In this document: positions 7,982 to 17,709 of the stretch, piece after piece
How the letters are laid out: the number at the start of each line of letters is the position of its first letter
Numbering within the stretch: the first letter of the stretch is position 1
Assembly: GCA_963741925.1 (NCBI GenBank)
Contig: CAVUJU010000005.1
Span: 2,369,447 to 2,433,446, forward strand
Direction: 5' to 3'
DNA length: 64,000 nucleotides
DNA from: an uncultured Acidobacteriota bacterium
GTDB taxonomy: Bacteria; Acidobacteriota; Thermoanaerobaculia; Multivoradales; DATKCC01
Made by a program: the position numbers and the translations under genes
The notes under the pieces: generated by a model
The model's input: only the letters and a program-made list of their open reading frames with translations
What the model was told of the DNA's origin: nothing
Database searches by the model: none

Positions 7982-10131
7982 GCGACCCCCAGGCGGCGGG
8001 GCAGCAAGAGGGTGAAGGTGGAGCCGATCCCCACGGTGCTCTCCAGAGTGATGTCTCCTCCGAGGAGGGTGGCGAGACGGCGGCAGATCGAGAGTCCCAG
8101 GCCGGTGCCGGTGTGGCCGGGCGAGTAGAAGCTCTCGCTCTGTCCGAACGCCTCGAAGATGCTCTTCTGGTTGGCCTCCGAGATCCCGATGCCGGTGTCG
8201 GTCACGGCGATCGCCACCCGGTCGGTCTCCGCATCGTACCCGGTTTCGATCGTCACCCTGCCCTCGGGCGTGAACTTCAAGGCGTTCGAGAGCAGGTTGA
8301 GGAGGATCTGTTTGACCTTCTGGCGGTCGCTGATCAGCGCCGGCATGCCCTCGCCGCCGTCGAACTCGACCCGGAGCCCGCTCGAGTGGATCAGCGACTC
8401 GGCCTCGGACCGGACTTCCCGGAAGAGCTCCTCGAGCCGGAACCGCTCGGTCCGGATCGGCATCTTGCCGGACTCGATCCGGGTCAGGTCGAGGAGGTCG
8501 TTGATGATGGTCAGCAGGTGATTGGCGTTCGAGTCGACCCGCTGGAGCTTCTCCTGCTGCGGCTCGGTGAGGTCGCCGGAGATCCCCTCGAGGAGGATCG
8601 AGGTGTAGCCGACGATGGCGTGGAGCGGGGTGCGCAGCTCGTGGGAGACGTTGGCCAGGAACTGCGACTTCATGGCCGAGGCGTGCTCGAGCTGCAGGGC
8701 CTGGCGGCGCAGCAGCTCGTTCTGGTCCGCGAGCTCGCCGGTGGCCTCGCGGATCTTCTCCTGGAGCTCCTCGGAGTGGCGCTTGACCTGCTCGTAGAGG
8801 CGCGCCTTCTCGACCGCCTCGCTCTGGTCGTGGAGGATGGTCACGACCGCCGTGTCTTGCCCCGGCTTCGAGAGGGTCTTGGCGGAGATCGCCTCCATGG
8901 GGATGGCGTCGCCGGTCCGGGGGTCGAGGAGCGAGAGCTCCTTGCGCCAGCGCAGCGAGCGCCCGGCATAGATGTTCGAGGCGAACGACGTGAACACCGC
9001 GTCGTTGGCCCGCAGGCGGCGCTCGGCCTCGAAGTCGGAGCCGTCCGCGGAGGCCGTGAACAGGCGCTCGGCGGGCGGGTTCATGAGCACGATGTTGCCC
9101 ACCGGGTCGGTCACCAGGATCGGATCGAGCACCGAGTTCAGGATCAGGTCGAGGCGGTCCCGCTCGGCGCGGGTCTCGGCCTCCGCCGCCCGCAGCCGCT
9201 GGTAGTTCTCCTCGATCTCCTCGGTGGCCCGGGAGAGGTCGGTGACGTCGCGCAGGACCGAGACCATGCCGGTCTCGGAGTGGCTGATGGGGTAGGGCGT
9301 CGTCAGCAGCTCGAAGACCAGGTCCTGGCCGTCCACCGGGTCGACCAGCAGGAGCTCGCGGCGGCTCGGCCCGCCCTCCTCGGCGTTGGTGAACAGCGAG
9401 GCGGAGAAGAGCATGTTGTTGAGCGCCACCGCCCGGCGCCGGCCCTCGCCCACCTCGTCGCCGGCCGAAAGCAGGTTGTCGGCTCCTCGGTTGGCGATCA
9501 GGATGCGCCCCTCGCCGTCGGTCAGGAGGATCGGGTCGGTGACCGCCTCGATCACCCCGCGCAACCACTCGACCTCTCGCCGGTGCCGCCGGTCGTCCTC
9601 GCGCGCCCGCCGGTACCAGAGCGAGCTGAGCCGTACGCCCAGGGCGCCGGCGGCCCAGCAGAGCATCTCGGGGTCGGGCAGCGAGCTGCCGCCGGCGGCC
9701 AGGAGCAGACCGAAGCCCGGGCCGCTCGGGTCCGTCCCGTCGTTCAGGGCCGCGGCGTAGAAGGGCGCCTCGCCCAGGGGGGTGGCCGGCGGGCGCCGCG
9801 GGCTTCCCGGCTCGGGCCGGCCGAAGGGCACCGGCTCCCGGCTCTCGAGGGCGACGACCAGCGGGTGGGTGCGCTCGGCGAGCGCCACGCGGAGGCCCTC
9901 GACCTCGCCCTCCTCCATGCCCAGGCCCACCAGCCCCTCCAGGGTCTCGCCGGCGAGGTCGACGACCGCGCACAGGCCGGCCGAGACCCCGCCGTGGCGG
10001 CTGAGCCACGCGAGGGTCCGGTCCGCGCAACGGGCCGGGTCGGACTCACCCATGAGCTCCTCGGTCAACGCGAGACGGACCCGGGCGTCGTCGGCGGGCC
10101 TTGCTTCGGGCTGGATTCGGGCGACCTCCAT
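7978..10131 (-). CDS. cytoplasmic GAF/PAS sensor histidine kinase
   Basis: H-box SHELRTPLHAIVGY; N/G boxes LLNLLSNALKFT, GTGLGLSI; upstream PAS/GAF-like segments; 717 aa. Confidence 0.85.
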   Translation of the reverse strand: MEVARIQPEARPADDARVRLALTEELMGESDPARCADRTLAWLSRHGGVSAGLCAVVDLAGETLEGLVGLGMEEGEVEGLRVALAERTHPLVVALESREPVPFGRPEPGSPRRPPATPLGEAPFYAAALNDGTDPSGPGFGLLLAAGGSSLPDPEMLCWAAGALGVRLSSLWYRRAREDDRRHRREVEWLRGVIEAVTDPILLTDGEGRILIANRGADNLLSAGDEVGEGRRRAVALNNMLFSASLFTNAEEGGPSRRELLLVDPVDGQDLVFELLTTPYPISHSETGMVSVLRDVTDLSRATEEIEENYQRLRAAEAETRAERDRLDLILNSVLDPILVTDPVGNIVLMNPPAERLFTASADGSDFEAERRLRANDAVFTSFASNIYAGRSLRWRKELSLLDPRTGDAIPMEAISAKTLSKPGQDTAVVTILHDQSEAVEKARLYEQVKRHSEELQEKIREATGELADQNELLRRQALQLEHASAMKSQFLANVSHELRTPLHAIVGYTSILLEGISGDLTEPQQEKLQRVDSNANHLLTIINDLLDLTRIESGKMPIRTERFRLEELFREVRSEAESLIHSSGLRVEFDGGEGMPALISDRQKVKQILLNLLSNALKFTPEGRVTIETGYDAETDRVAIAVTDTGIGISEANQKSIFEAFGQSESFYSPGHTGTGLGLSICRRLATLLGGDITLESTVGIGSTFTLLLPRRLGVA

Positions 10132-10161
10132 GCTCTGATCGGGTACGACGGGAAACGGTTC

Positions 10162-10494
10162 CTACCGGCGTCCACCCCCGCCGGAACCGCCGGCCTTCGC
10201 CTTGTCCCGTTTCTCGGCGGCGAGCTCGGCGCGGAGCGCGGCGTTCTCCGCTTGCAGCGCTTCCCTCGGTACGGTCTCGATGGCCGGTCGGGACACGGTC
10301 GGCACCTGGCCGACGGCCTCCGAGTACTTCAGATAGGTGTCGATCGAGGCGACCACCACCCGCGCCTCGACGGTGAGCAGGTCGATCCCCACCAGGGAGA
10401 CCCGGACCCACGCATCGATCACGATGCCCTTGTCGAGCACGCGATCGAGCACGTCGATGAGGCTGGTTCCACCCGAAGCTCTTTCAACCGGCAT
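10162..10494 (-). CDS. gvpA: gas vesicle structural protein GvpA
   Basis: [51 protein letters not shown] is the canonical GvpA core; start at the internal ATG (MPVERASGG) with an upstream AGGAGA Shine-Dalgarno. Confidence 0.9.
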   Translation of the reverse strand: MPVERASGGTSLIDVLDRVLDKGIVIDAWVRVSLVGIDLLTVEARVVVASIDTYLKYSEAVGQVPTVSRPAIETVPREALQAENAALRAELAAEKRDKAKAGGSGGGGRR

Positions 10495-10495
10495 C

Positions 10496-10894
10496 CTAGT
10501 CTCCTGTCGTTGCCTTTCCGCCCTGTTTGGCCCGGCGTCCGCTCCGTTTCGCCCGAGAGGCCGCGGTGCTTCCGGCACCTTCGCCGGCCGTCGCTTCGAG
10601 CGTGGCGAGGCGGCGCTCGAGGAGGAGCACCTGCTCGCGCAGCTCGCGGTTCTCCGAGGAGAGCCTGCGGGCGGCCATCGAGAGGTTCGGGTCGTCGCGC
10701 CACCAGTCGAGCCCGACCTCCTCCGCCTTGTCGATGGAGCAGACGAGGAGCCGGATCCGGATGGTCAACAGCTCCACCTCGGCGAGCGAGACCCGGATGT
10801 CGCCGGCGATCACCAGCCCCTTGTCGAGCACCCGGTCGAGGACGTCGACCAGGCCGCTCGTCTGGCGATAGGTGGGTTGTATCGCTCCAGCCAT
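10496..10894 (-). CDS. gvpJ: GvpA/GvpJ-family gas vesicle protein (second paralogue)
   Basis: [42 protein letters not shown] core plus a charged C-terminal tail. Confidence 0.8.
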   Translation of the reverse strand: MAGAIQPTYRQTSGLVDVLDRVLDKGLVIAGDIRVSLAEVELLTIRIRLLVCSIDKAEEVGLDWWRDDPNLSMAARRLSSENRELREQVLLLERRLATLEATAGEGAGSTAASRAKRSGRRAKQGGKATTGD

Positions 10895-11148
10895 CTCTCG
10901 GGACCTCGCTCGCCGGCACCATCTGGCTTCGTGTGGCCGGGATTGTGTCAGACATGCCGATCCCCGGGCCACCGATGATCGACGGGGCAGGGCCTGACTC
11001 GGCGAGTTGCTGAGGGCGCTGCACGAATCGTTCCAGCGCCCGGCGCGGCGAAATGCCCGGAATCCGGCCTCCCCACGGGCCTGGAGGCGTTCCGAAGCGG
11101 CGCTCGGACGCCGCCGCCCGGCCGGAAATGGCAGAGCCTTTGTAGGAA
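10895..11148. promoter_or_regulatory. divergent intergenic region; probable promoter for the gvp operon (minus strand) and for the GT39 gene (plus strand)
   Basis: only sizeable non-coding gap upstream of the overlap-coupled gvp gene chain. Confidence 0.35.
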
Positions 11149-12819
11149 TTGCAGGCCACCGGCGGCGCCACGGCGAGCGAGCGGCGGCTGCTAGCATCCG
11201 CTCGCTTCCGCATGCCGCCCTCTCCCGATCGCTCGCCGCCCGCTCCGCGCGACGCCCGGGGCGCCGCCGCCCTGTTCTCGGCCCTCCTGGCCGGGACGCT
11301 CCTGGTCAAGGCGCTGCTCGCCGCCGCCCTGCCCGTGCTGGGCGACGAAGCCTACGTCTTCCTCTGGGGACGCAACCTCTCCCTCGGCTACTACGACCAT
11401 CCGCCGCTCGCCGGCTGGATGGCGCACCTGCTCTTCCTCTTCGGCGACTCCCTGCCGGTGCTGCGCCTGCCTTCGATCCTCCTCTCCGCCGTCATCGCCC
11501 TCGGCATGGTCGCCCTGCTGCGGCCCTACGGCGAGACGGAGGCGTACCTCGGCGCGAGCCTCTTCCTGCTCGCGCCGGTGAACGTCCTGGGGGTGCTCAC
11601 CCTCACCGACACGCCCCTCATCCTCTTCTCGTTCCTCTCGGGCGCCGCCCTGGTCCACGCCCGGCGGCGCGGCGACCATCTCGGGTGGTACGCCCTCTCC
11701 GGGGTCTTCCTCGGGCTCGCGTTCCTCTCGAAGTACCTGGCCGTCCTGCTCGCCCTGGGCTACCTCGCCTGGTTCCTGGCGGCCCTCGCCGGGAGCGCGG
11801 CGCCGCGCCGGCGCCGGCTGGCGGCGGGCGTCGCCCTGCTGGCAGCCGGCAGCCTGCCGTTCGTCGCCTTCAACCTCTGGTGGAACGCCGGCCACTGCTG
11901 GACGAACGTGATCTTCAACCTCTACTCGCGCCACGTCGGCGAGGGGAGGAACTACTCGGTGCCGCGGAACCTGCTCTTCTACCTCGGCACGCACCTCTAC
12001 ATGGCGACCCCGCCGGTGCTCGTCGTGCTCGCCCGCCGCCGCCGCCGGCTCCGGGAGGTCCTCGCCGATCCGGTCCTGCGCCCGGCGGCGTTCCTCTTCG
12101 CCGTTCCCATGGCGGCCTTCCTGGTGCTGGCCCTGACCGCCGTCTTCGGGGCCTACTGGGTCCTCGCCTTCTACCCGTTCTTCTTCCTCCTCGTGCCGCG
12201 GGTGCTCGAACGCCGCGAGCTCGCCACGGCCTGCCGCTTCATGGCGGTCTTCACGGTGCTCCAGCTGGTGGCGGTGGGGGCGGTCCTCGCCCGGCCCCTC
12301 GAGCGCTTGCGCTCCCTCGGCTTCTACGACTCTCTGGTGACCATGGAGGCCCCGGACGAGCTCCTCCGCGACCTCGCCCCCGACCGCGGCGGCGCCCACC
12401 TGGCGGCGCCGGGCTACACCCTGGCGTCGATCCTTTCCTATCGGCTGGGCGAGACGGTGAGCGTGTTCGGCCCCGGCTCGCACTACGCCCGGGAAGACGA
12501 CCTCCTGACCGACTGGCGCACCCTGGACGGGCGAGCGGTGCTGGTGGTCTCGAAGCGGCCCTTCGAGCTCGCCCGCTACCGGCCCTACTTCCGCTCCCTC
12601 GAGCTCGGCGCCTTCGAGCTTCACGGCGCGACGATCCACCTGCTGCGGGGCGAGGGGTTCGACTACCGGGCCTACCGGGCGGGGGTCCTGCGGCCGATCC
12701 TCGAGCGCTACTACCGGCTCCCCGCCTGGCTGCCCACGACCGGCTGCTACTTCTGCGCGAGGTACTTCCCCGGCCCGGACTGCCCGTCCGGCGAGGCCTC
12801 CCGGCGGGCGACGAAGTAG
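11149..12819 (+). CDS. GT39/GT83-family membrane glycosyltransferase (ArnT/PMT-like)
   Basis: DEAYVFLWGRNLSLGYYDHPPLAGWM motif, many transmembrane segments; start may be the internal ATG at 11212. Confidence 0.75.
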   Translation: MQATGGATASERRLLASARFRMPPSPDRSPPAPRDARGAAALFSALLAGTLLVKALLAAALPVLGDEAYVFLWGRNLSLGYYDHPPLAGWMAHLLFLFGDSLPVLRLPSILLSAVIALGMVALLRPYGETEAYLGASLFLLAPVNVLGVLTLTDTPLILFSFLSGAALVHARRRGDHLGWYALSGVFLGLAFLSKYLAVLLALGYLAWFLAALAGSAAPRRRRLAAGVALLAAGSLPFVAFNLWWNAGHCWTNVIFNLYSRHVGEGRNYSVPRNLLFYLGTHLYMATPPVLVVLARRRRRLREVLADPVLRPAAFLFAVPMAAFLVLALTAVFGAYWVLAFYPFFFLLVPRVLERRELATACRFMAVFTVLQLVAVGAVLARPLERLRSLGFYDSLVTMEAPDELLRDLAPDRGGAHLAAPGYTLASILSYRLGETVSVFGPGSHYAREDDLLTDWRTLDGRAVLVVSKRPFELARYRPYFRSLELGAFELHGATIHLLRGEGFDYRAYRAGVLRPILERYYRLPAWLPTTGCYFCARYFPGPDCPSGEASRRATK

Positions 12820-13592
12820 ACCCAGGCCACCTCCACCGGCTGCGCCGGGTCGGCGTGGCGCCGGGCCTCGACCAGGACCTCCTCCCGTTGCACGGCGTCC
12901 GCTCCGGGGGCGATCCGGGCGATCATCGCCGGGATCTCCGCGAGCTCCATCAGCTCGGCCTGGGGGCCACGGTGGACGAAGCGCCGGCGCTCGACGAGGG
13001 TGAAGCCGGCCTCGGCGAGCTGGCGCCCGATCCTGCCGCTCGCGATCCGATGCGGTGCGGGGACCGTCTCCCGGCCGGCGCGGCGCGCCACGGCGCGGGC
13101 GAGGGCGACCTGGTAGGGATGGACCTCCGACGGCTCGCCGGCAAGGCGCTCGGCGGGGACGTTGAACACGAAGAGGCCGCCCTCCTCGACCAGCCCGCCG
13201 AGGGCGGCGAGCACCGGCGGCCGGGCCGGGAACTGCCAGAAGGCGGCGTTCGAGACCGCCCGGTCGAAGGGCCCCGCCGCCACCCGTTCGACCCGCGCCG
13301 CGGGGGCGACGGCGAAACGGGCGCGGGGGTCTTGCACGCGCTCGCGGGCCACCGCCACCATCGCCGCCGAGCCGTCCACGCCCACGAGCTCGGCGTCGGC
13401 CGGCAGCAGCGCCAGGCAGGCCAGGGCGGTGGCTCCTGCGCCGCACGCCAGGTCGAGGACGCGGTGGGCGCCGGCGAGCTCGGCGAGCTCGGCGAGGTAC
13501 CGGTTGAGCGCCGGGTAGATCGAACGCTCGCGGGAGAAGCTGTCGTAGATCTCGGCGTTGGCGCGGTCGGACCAGGGGGAGTCCCAGGGCAT
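12747..13592 (-). CDS. class I SAM-dependent methyltransferase
   Basis: VLDLACGAGATA motif I. Confidence 0.75.
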   Translation of the reverse strand: MPWDSPWSDRANAEIYDSFSRERSIYPALNRYLAELAELAGAHRVLDLACGAGATALACLALLPADAELVGVDGSAAMVAVARERVQDPRARFAVAPAARVERVAAGPFDRAVSNAAFWQFPARPPVLAALGGLVEEGGLFVFNVPAERLAGEPSEVHPYQVALARAVARRAGRETVPAPHRIASGRIGRQLAEAGFTLVERRRFVHRGPQAELMELAEIPAMIARIAPGADAVQREEVLVEARRHADPAQPVEVAWVYFVARREASPDGQSGPGKYLAQK

Positions 13593-13666
13593 GGGGACAG
13601 TCTCTCATCCGCCGGCCGCGCGGGCGTGGTCTCTGTCACGTACCGGCTTCAGCCCGCACCAACGGG

Positions 13667-14947
13667 TTGAGTGAGCCTCTTGCCCGGGAGCTCCCCGAGA
13701 TGAATCCGATGCCGCGCACGGCGCCGTCCCTCTCGCCTGCCGACGAGGCCGAGAGCCTCGAGACCCCGGCGTTCACCTTCGCCCGCTCCGCCCGCGCCCT
13801 CGAGCGCTCGGGGCTGCGCCAGATCATGGCCGAGGCGGTCCGCCCGGGTGTGCGCTCCTTCGCCATCGGCATGCCGGGCACCGACCTGCTGCCCGCCGCC
13901 GAGCTCCGGGCGGCGGCGGCCGAGGCCCTCGCCGCGGACCCCCGCTCCCTCCAGTACGGAGAGCCGTACGCCCCCCTCAAGCGCCGGGTGGTGGAGCTCA
14001 TGGCCTGGCGCGGCGCGCCGTGCACCGAGGAGCAGGTCTTCCTGACCGCCGGAGCGCAGCAGGGCATGGACCTCGTCGCCCGCCTGCTCCTCGACCCCGG
14101 CGACCCGGTGGTCCTCGAAGAGACGATCTACGACGGCATCCAGCTCGCCCTGGCGAGCCGCGCGCCGGAGGTGGTGCCGGTGCCCACCGCGGCGGGCTCC
14201 GGCGCCGACCTCGACGCGCTGGAGGCGCTCCTCGCGGGCGGCCTGCGCCCCCGCTTCTTCTACACCGTCCCGGTGGGCCACAACCCCCTCGGCTCGACCC
14301 TCTCGGCGCCCGCCCGGCGGCGCCTGGTGACGCTCGCCCGGCGCTACCGGATGCCGGTGGTCGAAGACGACGTCTACGGCTTCCTGAGCTACGGCGACCC
14401 GGCGCCGCCGCTGCGCGCACTCGATCCGGAGTGGGTCGTCTACCTGGGCTCGTTCTCGAAGATCGTGGCGCCGGGCCTGCGCGCCGGCTGGATGGTGGCG
14501 CCCGCCGAGCTGGTCCCCCGCCTGTCGATGGTCAAGCACGCGGGCGACGTCGACACCTGCACCTTCAGCCAGCGCGTCCTGTGCGCCTTCCTCGACCGCG
14601 GCCTGATGGCCGGTCACCTGGCCCGGCTGCGGAGCACCTACCGGGAGCGCCGCGACGCGATGCTCGGGGCGCTCGATCGCTGGTTCCCGGCCGAGGCGCG
14701 CTGGCACCCGCCGGACAGCGGCCTCTTCGTCTGGGTGGAGCTGCCCCGGCGGGTGGATACGCGGAGCCTGCTGCGTAGCGCCGTCGACGAGGCCCGGGTG
14801 GCCTTCTGCCCCGGCGACGCCTTCGCCCTCGGCGCCGCGCGCCACGGGGCCCACTGCATGCGCCTGAGCTTCGCGGACGCGACGCCCGGCGAGATCGACG
14901 AGGGGATGGAGCGCCTCGGCCGGGTGGTGGCGGCCGCCTGCCGCTGA
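13667..14947 (+). CDS. PLP-dependent aminotransferase (2-aminoadipate/MocR-type aminotransferase domain)
   Basis: fold-type I aminotransferase pattern, SFSKIVAPGLRAGW (PLP-binding lysine). Confidence 0.8.
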   Translation: MSEPLARELPEMNPMPRTAPSLSPADEAESLETPAFTFARSARALERSGLRQIMAEAVRPGVRSFAIGMPGTDLLPAAELRAAAAEALAADPRSLQYGEPYAPLKRRVVELMAWRGAPCTEEQVFLTAGAQQGMDLVARLLLDPGDPVVLEETIYDGIQLALASRAPEVVPVPTAAGSGADLDALEALLAGGLRPRFFYTVPVGHNPLGSTLSAPARRRLVTLARRYRMPVVEDDVYGFLSYGDPAPPLRALDPEWVVYLGSFSKIVAPGLRAGWMVAPAELVPRLSMVKHAGDVDTCTFSQRVLCAFLDRGLMAGHLARLRSTYRERRDAMLGALDRWFPAEARWHPPDSGLFVWVELPRRVDTRSLLRSAVDEARVAFCPGDAFALGAARHGAHCMRLSFADATPGEIDEGMERLGRVVAAACR

Positions 14948-15045
14948 CGCCGGGCCCGGCGCAGAGCCCGTGAATCGATCTCCGTCCGTCGCGAGGGGTG
15001 ATTCGGGGGCGCCCGCAGCAGGGCGGAGATGGCTTCACGAGCTCC

Positions 15046-16404
15046 TCAGGCCGGGAGCACGCCGAAGACCTCCGAGAGCAGCCACCAGGCGCCGACCGCC
15101 AGGATCGCGGCCGGGACAACCCAGCGCAGCCAGTAGTAGAGCAGCACGATCGAGCGCCCCGGCTCGCCGCTCGCCAGCTCGCGGAGCGCCCGGCCGCGAT
15201 CGAGCCCCCAGCCGACCGCGACCACGGCGGCGAGCGCTCCCAGGGTCTGCATCCCCGAGCCGAAGGTGAGGTCCCAGGGCACGAAGACCTCGAGGCTCAC
15301 CATCGGCGGCAGGGCGAGGAGGAAGACGCCGCCGGCGACGGCCCAGACCGCGCGGCTGCGCGAGAGGCCGGTCGAATCGGTCAGGGCGGCGACCAGGACC
15401 TCGAAGGCGGCGACGTCGGACAGGTAGGCGGCGCCCGCCAGGCCGGTGAAGAAGAGGAGACCGAAGAGGGCGCCCAGGGGGAGGCGGTCGAAGACCTCGG
15501 GCAGGGTGGAGAAGAGGAGGCCGGGCCCGCTCGCGGGCGCGAACCCGAGGGCGATCACGGCGGGCAGGATCGCGAGCCCGGCGAGGAGGCCCGCCGCCAG
15601 GTCGCCGCCGGCGGTCCAGAAGGCGTCGCGCGCCAAAGGCTCCTCCGGTCCCAGGTAGGAGCCGTAGACCACCATGAAGGTGCCGCCCAGCGACAGGCTG
15701 AAGACCGCCTGGCCCAGGGCCGCGAGCACGGCCTCGGGAGTGAGCGCCGCGAGGTCGACCTTGGCCACGTACCAGGCGACCCCGGCGCCGGCGCCGGGCA
15801 GCGTCAGGGCGCGGGCGACCAGCACCAGGAGGCTCGCGAAGAGGAGCGGCATCAGCACCTTGCTCGCCGCCTCGATGCCCGCGCGCAGGCCCTTGACGAG
15901 CACGGCGGCGCAGGCCGCGATCACCACCGCCGTCGCCGCGGCCTGGAGCGCCAGGGAGCGGAGGTCGAAGCCGGTCGCGGGCGGCAGGATGGCGCCCATC
16001 GGCGCCATCCGGTCGGCGAGGCGGTGGGGCAGGAGCAGCCGGCCGGCCTCGCCGGCGGCGTGGTAGAGCACCCAGCCGACGGCGTTCGTGTAGTACGCGG
16101 TGGCGGCGGCGACCACCGCGAAGAAGAACCAGCCCAGGGGCCGGCCGAACGGCAGGCCGGCGCGCTCGAAGGCGCCCACCGGCCCCCGGCGGGTGGCCCG
16201 GCCGAGCGTCCATTCGGCCATCAGCGCCGGCACGCCCACCAGGAGCGTCGCGAGGACGTAGACGAGGACGAACGGCGCGCCGCCGTAGCGCCCGACCATG
16301 TAGGGGAACCGCCAGACGTTGCCGAGGCCGACGGCGACGCCGATCATGGTCACCACCAGCCCGAGGCGGGAGGCGAAGGTGGCGCGCGGGGAAGGCGGGC
16401 TCAA
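15046..16404 (-). CDS. sodium-dependent transporter, NSS/SNF family
   Basis: SRLGLVVTMIGVAVGLGNVWRFPYMVGRYGG signature; TTG start overlaps the upstream TGA (TTGA). Confidence 0.85.
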   Translation of the reverse strand: MSPPSPRATFASRLGLVVTMIGVAVGLGNVWRFPYMVGRYGGAPFVLVYVLATLLVGVPALMAEWTLGRATRRGPVGAFERAGLPFGRPLGWFFFAVVAAATAYYTNAVGWVLYHAAGEAGRLLLPHRLADRMAPMGAILPPATGFDLRSLALQAAATAVVIAACAAVLVKGLRAGIEAASKVLMPLLFASLLVLVARALTLPGAGAGVAWYVAKVDLAALTPEAVLAALGQAVFSLSLGGTFMVVYGSYLGPEEPLARDAFWTAGGDLAAGLLAGLAILPAVIALGFAPASGPGLLFSTLPEVFDRLPLGALFGLLFFTGLAGAAYLSDVAAFEVLVAALTDSTGLSRSRAVWAVAGGVFLLALPPMVSLEVFVPWDLTFGSGMQTLGALAAVVAVGWGLDRGRALRELASGEPGRSIVLLYYWLRWVVPAAILAVGAWWLLSEVFGVLPA

Positions 16405-17648
16405 CTCCCGCCCCCGCCGCCGTTCCGGACGATCTCGGCCAGGGCGTCCAGGGCCGCGTCCACGTCGGCGGGGGCGGTGAAGAAGTGGGGCGCGAGACGG
16501 ACCGCCGGACCGCGCGCCGAGGCGAGGACGCCGCGCTCGCGCAGCGCCGCCTCGACGCGGTGGGAGTCCCCCGGCACCCGGATGGCCGTCGACGGGGTCT
16601 TGCGCGCCCGGTCGCTCGGGCCGAGCACCTCGAGGCCGCGCTCCCGGGCGCCCGCGAGCAGGCGGCGCGAGAGGCCGCCGGTCCAGCCGGCGACCGCGGC
16701 CGGGCCGACCTCGAGGATCGCGGCGAGCCCGGCGCGGGCGACGTAGGCCGCGCCCACCGGCGGGGTGCCGGTGTCGAGGCGCCGAGCCGTGTCGGCCCAG
16801 TCCAGCCGGTCGGGGCGGAAGGCGAAGGGATCGGCACGGCCGAGCCAGCCGGTGACCGCCGGGCGGAGCTCCTCGACCAGCTCCCGGCGGACGTAGAGGA
16901 AGGCCAGCCCCTCGGGGCCCAGGAGGTACTTGAGCGTGCCCGACGCCAGGAAGTCGACGCCCAGCGCCCGCACGTCGATCGGCACGACGCCCGCGGTCTG
17001 GTAGGCATCGACGAACACCCGCGCCCCGGCGGCGTGGGCCCGCTCGGCGATCGCCGCCACGTCCTGGAGAAAGCCGTTCTGGTAGTAGGCGTGGCAGGCC
17101 GAGACCAGGGCGGTCTCCCGGTCGAGGGCCCGCTCGTAGGCGGCGAGCGCGATCGTCCCGCCGGCCTCGCCCCGGCGGCCGGCGTCCGCCGCGAACGGCA
17201 CCCACTCGACGCGCGCGCCGCGGCCCTCCTGGGCCAGCCAGACGTGGCCGACGGTGGGGAACTCGGCGGCGCTCGCCACGACCTTCCGCCGGCCGCCGCC
17301 GAAGTCGAGGGCGCTCGCCAGCCGCGCGGTGGCGTCGGAGACCGAGGTGCAGACGGCCACCTCGTCGGGCGAGGCGCCGATCAGGCGGGCGAAGGCGGCG
17401 CGCGCCGCCTCGACCTCCTCGAGCCAGGCCTCCCAGTCCATCCCCCGCCGCTCCCACGAGTCGAGCCAGGCGTCGGCCGCCCGCCGCGCCCGATCGAGAA
17501 GCGGCCCGCGCGAGCAGCTCGCCAGGTGGACGTAGCGCGCCAGGATGGGGATGCGCCGGCGCCAGCCCTCGAGGTCGTAGGGCGGTGGGGCGCCCGGGGC
17601 CGGTTCGCCGGCTTCGCGGGATTCGCCGGATGGGGGCATGGCGGGCAT
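16401..17648 (-). CDS. class V aminotransferase-fold PLP enzyme (kynureninase/cysteine-desulfurase-like)
   Basis: ASGTLKYLLGPEG PLP-lysine motif, 415 aa. Confidence 0.8.
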   Translation of the reverse strand: MPAMPPSGESREAGEPAPGAPPPYDLEGWRRRIPILARYVHLASCSRGPLLDRARRAADAWLDSWERRGMDWEAWLEEVEAARAAFARLIGASPDEVAVCTSVSDATARLASALDFGGGRRKVVASAAEFPTVGHVWLAQEGRGARVEWVPFAADAGRRGEAGGTIALAAYERALDRETALVSACHAYYQNGFLQDVAAIAERAHAAGARVFVDAYQTAGVVPIDVRALGVDFLASGTLKYLLGPEGLAFLYVRRELVEELRPAVTGWLGRADPFAFRPDRLDWADTARRLDTGTPPVGAAYVARAGLAAILEVGPAAVAGWTGGLSRRLLAGARERGLEVLGPSDRARKTPSTAIRVPGDSHRVEAALRERGVLASARGPAVRLAPHFFTAPADVDAALDALAEIVRNGGGGGS

Positions 17649-17709
17649 TCTACCGACCGGGTAGACTCACCGCTCTGGCGAACGAGATCCGGGGAGAGAC
17701 GAGGCGACC

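Noticed and set aside
7568-10030. 820-aa ORF overlapping the sensor kinase
   Set aside because: It is Arg/Gly/Pro-rich junk apart from its last 137 codons, which are the receiver gene. The true HK is the 717-aa ORF in another frame.
15035-17008. 657-aa and 582-aa ORFs overlapping the NSS transporter and kynureninase-like gene
   Set aside because: They are off-frame or antisense to genes with clear family motifs, with no GC3 signal.
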